The notes beneath the pieces were generated by a model. The model searched no databases. It was not told where the DNA came from and was given only the letters and a program-made list of their open reading frames with translations. Position numbers and translations under genes: made by a program. From positions 1-54,607 of the forward strand of contig NMRA01001099.1 of the NCBI GenBank assembly GCA_002633005.1: a stretch of DNA of 54,607 nt. The letters are read 5' to 3'. Shown here in pieces: positions 1 through 9,872 of the stretch. The DNA is from Phoronis australis (lineage: Eukaryota; Animalia; Phoronida). The stretch's first letter is position 1. Every line of letters begins with the position of its first letter.

Positions 1-1095
1 TATTTTTAAAGTACAATTACACCACTGTTTAAGGTTGCAAAGTGAGTTTTTTGATATCCTTCTGTAGAAAAAGCTTGAATCTCTCTGATAAAATCATCTG
101 TTTCCTTTTAAACGAAACTTAAGTCCTGAAATTAGACCGGGGAAGGAGGCCAAAAACGGCGGTTTAGCTAGTTGTCCCTTCCTGGTTATCTCTTCCTGAT
201 ACTATTAATTACTATTAGCAGCGTGTCGCCCTGTTTAGCAGAGTAAAAACGAAAATCAATTTAAGCCTCATATTCTCATAGAACTTTCTCATAATACTTA
301 CAGTGACAGGATTCAATTTTCAATACCAACACCGGCTTAGAAACTGTCAGCGACTGACGACACGCTTCAGGGCCTATTGGGGTTGCCCAACCCTAAAATT
401 GTGGATTCGAAATTGGCGCGTGTACGCAATACGTTCGTGACTTGACCGAGTTGTCCGGTGAACACGGTCCTATTTTTAAATACCGACGCGTTTCATATTT
501 AACATTGACAACCTAACACGAGTGAGGTGTTACTTTAACTACACGGGATAATTTTGTTTAACATGAATCTGGACAACTAATACCCTTTGATCATCAATAC
601 AGAAAAATGGATTTTACGGTAATTTTGATATGTTCAGTACAGATCAAAGGAATCGCTTCCTATGTTTTCGTCATTTTAGGACATAATAAGTCTTGTCTGT
701 CGAAAGGTATCACTACTTGTCTTCGGTATTATTTCGTTTATAGGAATGACGAAACGGGATCATTTTTGATACACAAAGAGAATTTGCGATATATCGAATC
801 TTGTTGACGTCATGTTGCAAGTACATCACGTGGAAACAAGCTCCGTCTTAACTACTTGAATTGGGTGAATTATAACGCCCGTCATACAAGCTTTGTTTGT
901 TTTAAATTTTGTTTTATGAAATTTTCTATTAGAATGAAGTAGAAATAGTGTCTCTATTAATACACAAGACAACATGTGGTTCGTGTCCGCTAGGTCTTTT
1001 ACTTGTTCTCTGACTGACCTTTTCACGACCCCTGACGGTCATTTGATGAAGTGTGACATCATATGAACGTAAAACGTTAATTCCTGAAGGTTTAC

Positions 1096-1238
1096 CTAAA
1101 CAGCCATCAGGAAATACACAATTCCGACACGTGTCTTCCTCGGTCTCGGCAATCACGTGCTTTGTTATAATCCATTGATAATCGGCAGTCGTTAAGGACA
1201 GCTCGTCGGCAACTTCAAAGATAACGTCACCTTCCTCA
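1096..1238 (-). CDS. GRIN2: GluN2-like coding exon 4 (ATD)
   Basis: Acceptor ttaccttAG|T completes the phase-2 codon. Translation EEGDVIFEVADELSLTTADYQWIITKHVIAETEEDTCRNCVFPDGCL-G. Donor G|GTAAAC (phase 1). Lies within ORF 929..1255. Confidence 0.82.
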
Positions 1239-4200
1239 CTAAGGTAATAAATCATATTATGTAATGCTAAGTAATTAATTATTGATTATCATTAGGTAAA
1301 AATATATTTCAGTTGATAAAAAGTAAACGGATAACACTGTCACTGAATATGTTCAATTTCTCGTCAAATAATGACGATTTGACAATTACTCAACGCAAAT
1401 TGTAAGACACTATAGGAAAGATGTTCACCAATCATACCACTGGAAAGTAAAAAGAGTACGGCAAATGAAACGAAAGGGAATTTTGTTGTATAAAATCTAT
1501 CTGGGGTTATCAAAAACTTGTTTTAGCACATTAACATGTGTGAGGTGCCGCAGTATCATTTGAATATTTGAAAAAAAAAAACACTGCGCTGTTACTCTCG
1601 TCTAAAGTCTGAAAACTGCTTCTACGTTGGCAAGCGTGATTTACACTCGAGGTGTATTGATCGACAGCCGCGGGAAAGACCGCCAATCTCGATTACAGAC
1701 ACATATTACGGTAAGAAATCTCCAATTTGGAATAGTGAAAATTCATTATTTTGCTCAAGGTCGGAGCTTGGCCACAAATTGTTTGTCCCAAATTCAACAA
1801 TAACAATACAGACGTCAAAATTACCCACTTTTTAGATTAAAATCACATTATCCGAAATTTGAGAAATATGGTGAACGACAAAATCGCACTTTTTCCAAAT
1901 TCCAGAATCAAGGAAATTCAATTTTTTGCGGGAGTTTACGTGTTCCAAATTCCAGAGGAGAATTTTTACCGTACGTGCTGTGTTGTGCTCTCAGGGAGCG
2001 GAATTCATTGTGCTAAACCAGCAGACAGTACCGCTTCTGAATCACAAAGACGGGATTTAGAATCCTTTCAAAAGACACCTGAGATCATTTGCGGTGTTTA
2101 GATAGTAAATGGGACACGACGCAATATTTTGTTTACATTGGCGCATACTGCTCTTCTAATGTAATCATATTTAAAACTTACAGATTAGAATGCATAAGTA
2201 TAATCCTGGCTTCTTGTGGAATTTCAGACAATTTCTCGTAAACCAATTTTCTGTCAGTCTGCAGAATTTTCACGATGGAAAGAATGTGAAACCTAAAACA
2301 GAGTGACAACGGTCAAAATTATTAATTTTTATCGCACGACCACTAACAGTTCGGTCCTCTGATTAGTGAACACAATACCAATAACTTCCGTTTATGAGGT
2401 GATGTTGATCGGAAGGCTTGGGATATTAATTTTAATTCAGATCGACCGGACGTCAGATGTCCGACCTATTCGTAAACGAACCATCCAGACTGCAGAAACC
2501 ATAAGCTCCTGGCCGTGTAAACAAAACGATCACACGATGCCAGTACACCAAAGCAAAGATATTGACCAAAGTGAACATCCCAATCTAATAAGAGCCGAAA
2601 ATTTCAGAGGAAAGAAGGACCAGTATATTAAAAACAAACGTAGATCGAACCCTCGTGCACATTACGCCAACGTGGACGGATCCCAATGGTAATATCACAT
2701 GATATTGATGACACTCGTATTTGCAGAAAGTCTAGACTTTACATTGTTGCAACAACTCATTCAAGCAGTGAAATGTGCCTTGTACTAGTCGCCAAACCCG
2801 TTTTCTTTCTCGCACAAGCACTCACCCTGATTTTTCGTTTAGTTCCTCCTTGCGCCTTAGACAGGACACAAACTCTTTGTGACCATCCGTTGCAGTTGTA
2901 ACCACAACAAATTTCTTCCAGGAGTAGCGTATTAGCAGGTCAAACATGGTTTCGCATTGGTTATCGATGGACGGCACCAGTTGAAGATAATTTCTGTTTT
3001 GTACCTTAAATGAGATTTACATCGAACGTACAATGACGGCGCAAAATAAATGGTAAGCGTAAAAATTTTGAACACACCCCATACCACAACCACATTTGTT
3101 TTTCAAAATAATTCAACTCCCAATACAGCAGATTGCCGCCTCCATGTCTAGATGATATTTCAATCAAAATGCACTTGACAAAAAGATAACGCATTTTTAA
3201 ATTGGTGGATTTCTTTCTCTCAAAATACAGTAAACAATGAAAAGCGCAATAGAAACATCAGAGCAACTAAATTGTTCAAAAAGATAATGCTCAGCCCGAC
3301 AGACGAACGATGAACTAATTGAGGCAGCACGACTCACTGTAACGTGCAGGAACGTAAGAAAACGACAGAATCTTACGAGGAGGCAATGTGGCCTAGTGTG
3401 ATAGGTGCCCACCTTCTTTACTCGAGGTTCGTGGGTTCGAGTCCCATTGGGCCACACTGCTAGACCCTTGAGTCAGGTTTCTAGGTCCTCAGCTCGGTTT
3501 TAACTATACATGAATGAAGACAAAAATAGTTTCAGGTAATCAGTGCAATGGGCCACATACACGGCCTGCACACGTCTGGTACAAGGTATGCCAGACCGCC
3601 GGGAATTATTTTTTTAACAGAATCCTGCTGCCCGAAACGCTGAATGGAAGATGAAACAGAGAACACCGTGTCGATCGGTGTTTCACTCACCAAAGCGTTA
3701 GAAAAGAATGCTTTGGAAGTAAAGCAATGTCAGTGAAAACTCCCAAAACTAATAAAAACATTAAAACACTCGTAAAATTTCTCAAGCATGCTGGTAGACT
3801 TGCTGAGTATGTGTAGTGCCATTGAAGCACACTGTTTCTTGCAATAGGCCCGTAGAAGACCTAGGTAACGTGTCGGCCTTTCTGTTTTGCGCACTTTGTT
3901 TCGCAAAATTCAGACACCACTGTCCCAGTATTACTATTCTATAACACATGGCATAACCAATATCTTACATGATTTACTTTTCCTACTCTTTTGGTTTCAT
4001 AACTCGTCCAGGCATGGTACTTTCTATTCTAATGTTGTGCCCACTCAATACAAGTGTCTATTATTCCATACTCCAGCACCTAATGGTTTGCATAAATAAC
4101 TGTCTAATCTTAGTTTGCACTTGATGACCGTAGCATTAAAGCTAAAAATTCGAGTCTAAAATCGAAATTAAGAATATTTATTCGAAATCCCGAGTTTTCA

Positions 4201-4906
4201 CTCGAGTTTTCAGCGCGAATTGTATGTGAGTCATAAAGCGCCACCTTGTACATGTACTAGAAACTCATACGCTTAACCATAATATACTCGAACACAGAAT
4301 AATATACATTTATTTTGAGTTTGCACACAATTAGAATAGAAAATGCAAATAATATTTTGAGTTCGATTTCGAGTACAAAGATTAGATTGCGGGCCCTGGT
4401 TCCGTGGTAATTGTGCAGTCTTTGGCTATGGTTTATGTGTGTGTAGGTTTCTGGCCTGGGGGTAGGCAGTTGGAAGTGTTTCGAATTTTTCTGTTTTAGT
4501 ACATTTGAAATATTTTGATATTCAAAAGTTAGAAGCAAGTACTTACCGATAAACTTTTCGTCACCGCAGGATTCCAGCCCAGCAGCGGAATAGACAGACT
4601 CTCCGTGAGCGACATTAAAAATCTATATAAAAGCACCCTGGTTCGGTCGTAGATATCCGTGTTTGTATTAATGAACACTATGGCAGTGACATCATTTCTT
4701 ATGAATTTATCGCATACTTCCTCGATCAGACCTAGTGGTGTTAGGTTATTGATGGTGAATGAATGGACTTTAATTGTATCATCTGAGCTTCGTAGCGTTC
4801 GCGTTACATCCCTGCAGTCGATTTTTGAACATATCAGGCCAAAGGATCCACCGCTGACTCGCTCCAGCAACCAACAACTCAAGATCACCGTCACCAGTCT
4901 CGTCAT
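1096..4906 (-). CDS. GRIN2: NMDA-type glutamate receptor subunit, GluN2/Nmdar2-like (5' partial, 4 coding exons: 4906-4547, 3004-2826, 2292-2182, 1238-1096; continues beyond the left edge of the window)
   Basis: Manual splicing gives one open frame of 793 nt with GT-AG introns of phase 0, 2, 2, 1. Translation: signal peptide...LTPLGLIEEVCDKFIRNDVTAIVF...LSIPLLGWNP | NYLQLVPSIDNQCETMFDLLIRYSWKKFVVVTTATDGHKEFV | EARIILMHSN | EEGDVIFEVADELSLTTADYQWII...FPDGCLG. These blocks follow the order of invertebrate NR2 ATD motifs as I recall them (LCKEF..NVSAILY, IPVISWN, LQLAPSIEHQ, LERYKWHQFSVVT, EARVMLLY, LTGENYVWVV, FPVGMLG). Exact orthology was not tested. Confidence 0.85.
2182..2292 (-). CDS. GRIN2: GluN2-like coding exon 3 (ATD); absent from the ORF track
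   Basis: Acceptor ctctgttttAG|G. Translation FHILSIVKILQTDRKLVYEKLSEIPQEARIILMHSN-L. Donor CT|GTAAGT. Phase 2 at both ends, 111 nt. Confidence 0.85.
2826..3004 (-). CDS. GRIN2: GluN2-like coding exon 2 (ATD); absent from the ORF track
   Basis: Acceptor tttaAG|GTA. Translation VQNRNYLQLVPSIDNQCETMFDLLIRYSWKKFVVVTTATDGHKEFVSCLRRKEELNEKS-G. Donor GG|GTGAGT (phase 2). Length 179 nt. Confidence 0.9.
3379..3600 (+). mobile_element. tRNA-derived SINE in intron 1 of the GluN2-like gene
   Basis: Pol III box A-like TGGCCTAGTGTG (~3389) and box B GGTTCGAGTCC (3434-3444). The body (tcctcagctcggtttt...gtttcaggt...cggcctgc...gtctggtacaa...ccagac) recurs at ~21036-21176. Confidence 0.75.
4105..4210. repeat. 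Dispersed TCGA-rich repeat fragment (inverted copy at ~38200-38325)
   Basis: tcttagtttgcacttgatgaccgtagcattaaagctaaaaattcgagtct aligns with the reverse complement of 38270-38323. Confidence 0.6.
4547..4906 (-). CDS. GRIN2: GluN2-like first coding exon (signal peptide plus start of the ATD, 120 codons)
   Basis: ATG sits in an AAAAATG context with an in-frame TGA shortly upstream. Hydrophobic N-terminus MTRLVTVILSCWLLERVSG. Donor TCG|GTAAGT at 4547/4546 (phase 0). Upstream acceptor-like ttgacttttccAG| at 4929/4928. Confidence 0.88.
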
Positions 4907-5389
4907 TTTTGCATTTAGTCACAACGTCCTGGAAAAGTCAATGATATCAGTTCACATGTAAACCTCCCCACTGGGCCACAACAATGGGCGCGTAAGACAA
5001 CCGGAAAAAAAACACTGCTCCAGACGCATTCCAGCTGGTCCGGTCGCTTCTAGGTAAAAGAATGCCAATAGGAAGCTTTCGCAAACATACGAATATGTGT
5101 TAACTATTCACCAGTACATGTCCATGTAGTACTCGGGTTATTACTACTAGTCTTTTGCAAATAAGATATATAGTGTATGCATGCTGTAACGAAGGAGGAC
5201 AGGGTCTTATTGTATCATTTGTGACCACCGGTGGTCAGACTCGGCGGTGTCAACCCGGCGGGGTCAACTCGGCGGCAAGACTTCGATACAGACGAAGTGA
5301 CACCACTTTCAGATTTAGGATGCCCCGAGAGTGGCGACTAAATTTTCAAAGGACAAAGTTCACGAAAGCCAAAAACGGTATATGTTTCT

Positions 5390-5566
5390 TACTTATTTTC
5401 AAATGTGTGAACTATATTGACCCGTTGAGATGAGGTATTTAAAATCAAAGCTTCGCATCTTTTCTCAGATTCATTGGACATGCACTATTGAACGCATTCA
5501 CTGCAAACCAGTATTTAACTTGCATTATTAATCTTTAAAATGTGAGAGAAGTAAATTTCGATATCA
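5390..5566 (+). repeat. Dispersed repeat of ~170 bp, copy 1 (direct copy at 9697-9872)
   Basis: Both copies share cccgttgagatgagg...ttttctcagattcattggacatgcactattg...tgtgagagaagtaaatttcgatatca with scattered substitutions. Confidence 0.9.
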
Positions 5567-6527
5567 TATTTTCACTCGCGGATAGATTTTCTCTAATTGC
5601 ATCTAAACTTGTTGAAATATTCACTTTTTACAAGATTTGATTATAATTTGCAGACAGTTATTTGTGAAATTCTAGTCGATTTTTGCTGACGCGTAGACGT
5701 TAAATCAGAGACAAAGAACTCTCGATATTCGAGTTCTCCGTGTGTTGAGCTGCGGGAATTGTTAAAACAAATTTTCAGCAACTAAATGAATCTTGCGGCA
5801 ATTTCGCGACGTACGTGCCCAGATCCCGATTGTGGACGCGGTCTGGGGAGCATGAGAGCTGAGCCATCTTGTAGGGGGATGGGGGCTATCCCTTCCGAGA
5901 AATTTTGAATTATTATTAAGACGTGTAACCGTAAATTCTGGTGCATTCTAGTGGTAGGCCCTATACTGTTAGGTCTTGAGTTCTTTATACAGCTATGGAC
6001 TGATCGCAAGCGTGATATGCCCAAGGGACCGGTCGACGACCAGTGCCAAAGTTTCTTAACTCAGATTTTTTGTCTCTCATTAGATTAGCCTAGTCTTACT
6101 TGCTTTTATGGTCTAGTGTTGTCTGCTCGCTTTGCAGACAGGGTTTATGGATTTTATGGCGACTGATCGGTCAGATCGCGACACCTGACGCTCGGTTATC
6201 ATGAACGAAAAGTGGCATTGCACTACCTATTACAGTGCATTGGAAGTTATCAGGAGAAAGCGAAGGTAGTGAAATCGTCGTTTAGGATTGCCAATACATT
6301 GTGAGGCCCATACATCAGCTCTGTCTCGAAACAGATTCAGGTTTGTCGTTAACATTTGATCCACAAAAATCTCACCTCAGACAGGTTGATTTACGTAGCG
6401 AGTCCAGCATAAAACCTTCGCATTTCATAATTAATACTTTCCTAATAACGACAACTACCGTTACCGACTAAAATATAATAGGGTAGATGCACATATGCAT
6501 ATATACGATAAAGCTATTTTAATATAA

Positions 6528-6729
6528 ATGTATGTATGCTTACGTATGTTTACGTATGTGTGTATGTATGTACATGTATGTATGTATGTATGTATGTATG
6601 TATTTATGTATGTATGTATGTATGTTTACGTATGTGTGTATGTATGTACATGTATGTATGTATGTATGTATGTATGTATTTATGTATGTATGTATGTATG
6701 TATGTATGTATGTATGTATGCATGTATGG
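6528..6729 (+). repeat. (TATG)n microsatellite with an internal higher-order duplication
   Basis: The tetranucleotide array is directly visible. The variant series TTTACG-TGTG-TACA-TTTA occurs twice, about 76 bp apart. Confidence 0.97.
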
Positions 6730-7569
6730 TGTACAACAGTCAGAGTGTAAACAGGTTTTAGAGTTTTGAACAGACGATGGTGTAGACTGCTGCCTATGAC
6801 TGTCTAAGCATAATTACGACGATAACTTGAAAACCAGATAGACGTTTCAGATCAATTTAGTTTGCACAATGTCAAATGATGGATTTTTGCCGCTGTTAAG
6901 AGGCCAGGCTGAAAAACAGAAACGACAATCCCTGAAACAAACGGTAACGGTTTGGGCTGCTTCGGCGGAAGCTTTCACCTCCTCTCAGCTTGTTCACAAA
7001 ATTGTTTAAAATCTTCACTTTTGTTCAGTGTGGCTCATTTACGAGAGTACATTTCTCCAACCGGAAATTGCGCTTTCTTCGATACGATCGTGTGCCCAAG
7101 TGCTTGCGCTTCGTCGTATTCTGCGCTTTTATTCAATTCTTCGAAGTGTTGAGTGATCTAATATCGATTAGAAAACAGGCCTGAGAGTAAAAAGCTCACA
7201 GAGTTAGTGAACGCGTGTTGGCATGAAAGTCACTTTAATTTTACTTGAAAAAATTGTCCTTCTTCATTTTTAAAGCCTTGTTCTTACATAATTGACAACA
7301 GTGTAAAATGTCTTTCTTCAGTCATTCAAGAGTGGCATCGTACCTGGGTAACATAAAGGTTATACGGTTGTCAAAAAAGCGTCTTACAGTGGCAGACTCT
7401 GCCATAGTCTCTAGATTAAGTGGAGACTGTTAAACTCCGATTGGCTATTGCCACGCCTCCCTTGTCAGTCAGCACTGTTGGCGCACCTTCTCATTGTCCA
7501 GAAGATATGCTTGAGCTTTATTGTCTTGTACCGCAGAAATGCCAATAAAACGAAAATAATATTCGAAAA

Positions 7570-7700
7570 AAAATCGTAATGACGACTGTATTCTCGTGAT
7601 AATGACTTTTACGATTTTTATTTCTCTTAATTACGACTTTTCACCGTAATTACGACTTTTTCTTGAATTAACGACCTTTCTCGCAATTACGACTTCTCGC
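7570..7700 (+). repeat. Degenerate ~20-bp tandem repeats (core CGTAATTACGACTTT), probably transposon subterminal repeats
   Basis: About 6 imperfect units centred on the palindrome CGTAATTACG. The same unit recurs at 27261-27315. The array lies just upstream of a transposase relic. Confidence 0.7.
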
Positions 7701-7752
7701 ATGAAGCGTAAATGACAGCACTCTCAGCAGAATCAAAAGTTGCATCAACAAC

Positions 7753-8112
7753 ATGGACCAGCTTTTCGAGTTTTACTTCCGGTTTTGTCTAAGCTACATC
7801 AGCTCGCAACCATGAAACTGTAATAACTAAAGGAAATCTGTATCGTGATCTTCGTCGTGTCGGACTATTTCGGCATGTATAGACATCCGATCTAGGTGAG
7901 CTGACACTCTTTACCAAAGGGATGTTTCAAGATGACCGTAATTTACATAAGTACGGATGGGTGGGTCTATTGAGGAACTCACTGTCACTAACAGGATGTT
8001 TGGCTCATTTCTAAGGTTTTCAATCCCATTGGATTTGACTTGCGTTCTGGGAGAGGGGTGCATCTCTCGAGGCTCTTTTATCGATGGCTAGTAGTAGTAT
8101 TTGGCTTGAAGC
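7753..8112 (+). pseudogene. Decayed 5' end of an integrase-core (IS3EU-like) DNA transposase
   Basis: Frameshifted, stop-containing translation: MDQLFEFYFRFCLSYI/ARNHETVITKGNLYRDLRRVGLFRHV*TSDLGELTLFTKGMFQDDRNLHKYGW...KVFNPIGFDLRSGR...SIW. This resembles the N-terminal pattern I recall for widespread animal integrase-core transposases (YF..GLSY..H..VIS.R.L.R.L...GLFRR...SD..E......HGYRW...LDP.GV.LR). Not confirmed by a search. Confidence 0.6.
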
Positions 8113-9696
8113 GTGTTCAAGCAGTAATGACCAACGTGTCGTTGCCGGATACTACATGTACGTGAAAGTGACCCAGGCAAGACGGGGATGACTAGTTAAA
8201 ATGCAGAGCGACGTGGCACGTGAAAATGGAGGTAAAGGTGTGTTACTTGGTACAAGCATCATATGGCAACGACACGTGGGTCACCACTGGTTGAATAAGC
8301 TTCAAGTCAAATAAAGTATCGCAAAAATCCGCCGATAATATTTAACCGTTTATACAGTGAGCACACGGTTTCGATTTGTCGTATGAATCGAAGTGTCACA
8401 CGAAGTTAGGGCCTCACCAACTTGCACATCAGATTCCATTNCCCCCGAACTCAAAATCCAAGACCCGCCCTTGCACGCACATCGAAATAGTCCAGCACGA
8501 CGAAATACACAATGCATTGTTCATTTAGGTCTACTTATGACAGTTCTACGGTTGCGATTTAACCTTGCGAGGATCTCATTGTAATTTAGACCATGTTGTT
8601 GACGTATTTTTCCCCTGGCGGGTGTTTCAGTGATGAAAAATGAGAATTTAGATCCAGTCACATCATAGTTTCCAAAGTTTTGCGTGTTGGATTTTTCAGG
8701 CTCAGGTAACCATGGTGACAATTTAACACTTGTTTGTTACGGAGGGTTAGTTTCAGTTGCCTACGCAGTATAGCAGTCAGGAGCATTTCAGGCAATTTAT
8801 CCGGTTTAACAAATTTCAATTTAAAAAAAGAACGCGATTACTTTGCTTTGCAAGAGCAAATACGTCTGTTAAGAATGCCGTTGTCTTGACAACAGAAGAT
8901 GCTTTTCCGCGTTATTTCAACACTTATTATTAGGGTGATAAAACAAGTCGTAAGAACTTTTAACTTTGGTTTTTGTAGTAAACTTTTCGTCTAATAATTG
9001 AAATTTAAAGTCAATTTCGCAAGTTCACGTTATTGCAATTCCTGTGAGGAGCACAGTGTTTTTGAGATTGAAAATTTTGTTCTTGTTTGTGCAGATGCTC
9101 TTTCTACTACCATACATTTTTAGTGGTCAAACAGACCGGTGTCAAGTTACGAAGGGCGCTATAGGTAACTGGGGTATTGCCAGGTAATTTAGATCAGTTT
9201 CACGATATGGCGATGAAGAAAAGACACTTACCGACCTACTTATGTTTCGCTATTGCTGAAAGTTGTCGTACCCTCATTATGAGTCCGGCTATTGCGGGAA
9301 GTGCGGCGTATTCACAACTTCAACTTACCTTTACTTTAAAAAACACTCGTCATAACCAAAGAAATAACTAAAGTTTTGGAGATTAGGCAGTAAAATTTGT
9401 ACAAAAAGAGACAAAATGTGAAAACAAACACAATAATTACGATTACGCTAAGCCAGCAGTATCACTACGTTGTCAAGGACAACATGGTCGGCATTTAGGA
9501 ATCGTTCCTGACTTGATGCAAATATATTATAGTAACTATAGTATCTTTGCCTGGTCTACAAGAAATTCAAGTCACGGAAATAAGCGGGAATAGTCGACGA
9601 TTTTCTGATTCCGGTCGAGATACAAAATTGCGTTAAAAAGGCTTGCGGTTTGATAAAAGAAAAGAGGAAAACATTTTACCATGTTGCATGTTACCT

Positions 9697-9872
9697 AATT
9701 ATTTTCAAGTGTGTGAACTGGATGAACCCGTTGAGATGAGGTCTTTAAAATCAAATCTTCGCACCTTTTCTCAGATTCATTGGACATGCACTATTGTACG
9801 CGTTCAGTGCAAACCAGTATTTAAAGTGCATTATTAATCTTTTAAATGTGAGAGAAGTAAATTTCGATATCA
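9697..9872 (+). repeat. Dispersed repeat of ~170 bp, copy 2
   Basis: Direct copy of 5390-5566. Confidence 0.9.

Noticed and set aside
301-393. Exon-like minus-strand segment (tttAG|GGTTGG...CACT|GTAAGT) as the next receptor exon
   Set aside because: Only the phase-0 frame is open, which is incompatible with the phase-1 donor of exon 4, and there is no recognisable iGluR motif.
3379-3456. Functional tRNA gene (likewise 11671-11745 and 27685-27758)
   Set aside because: Box A/B are present, but I could not fold a canonical cloverleaf, no T-run terminator follows, and the sequences continue into SINE-like bodies.
4659-4961. 100-aa plus-strand ORF
   Set aside because: Antisense shadow of the GluN2-like coding exon.
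6528-6769. Three overlapping MYVC-rich ORFs
   Set aside because: Translations of the TATG microsatellite.
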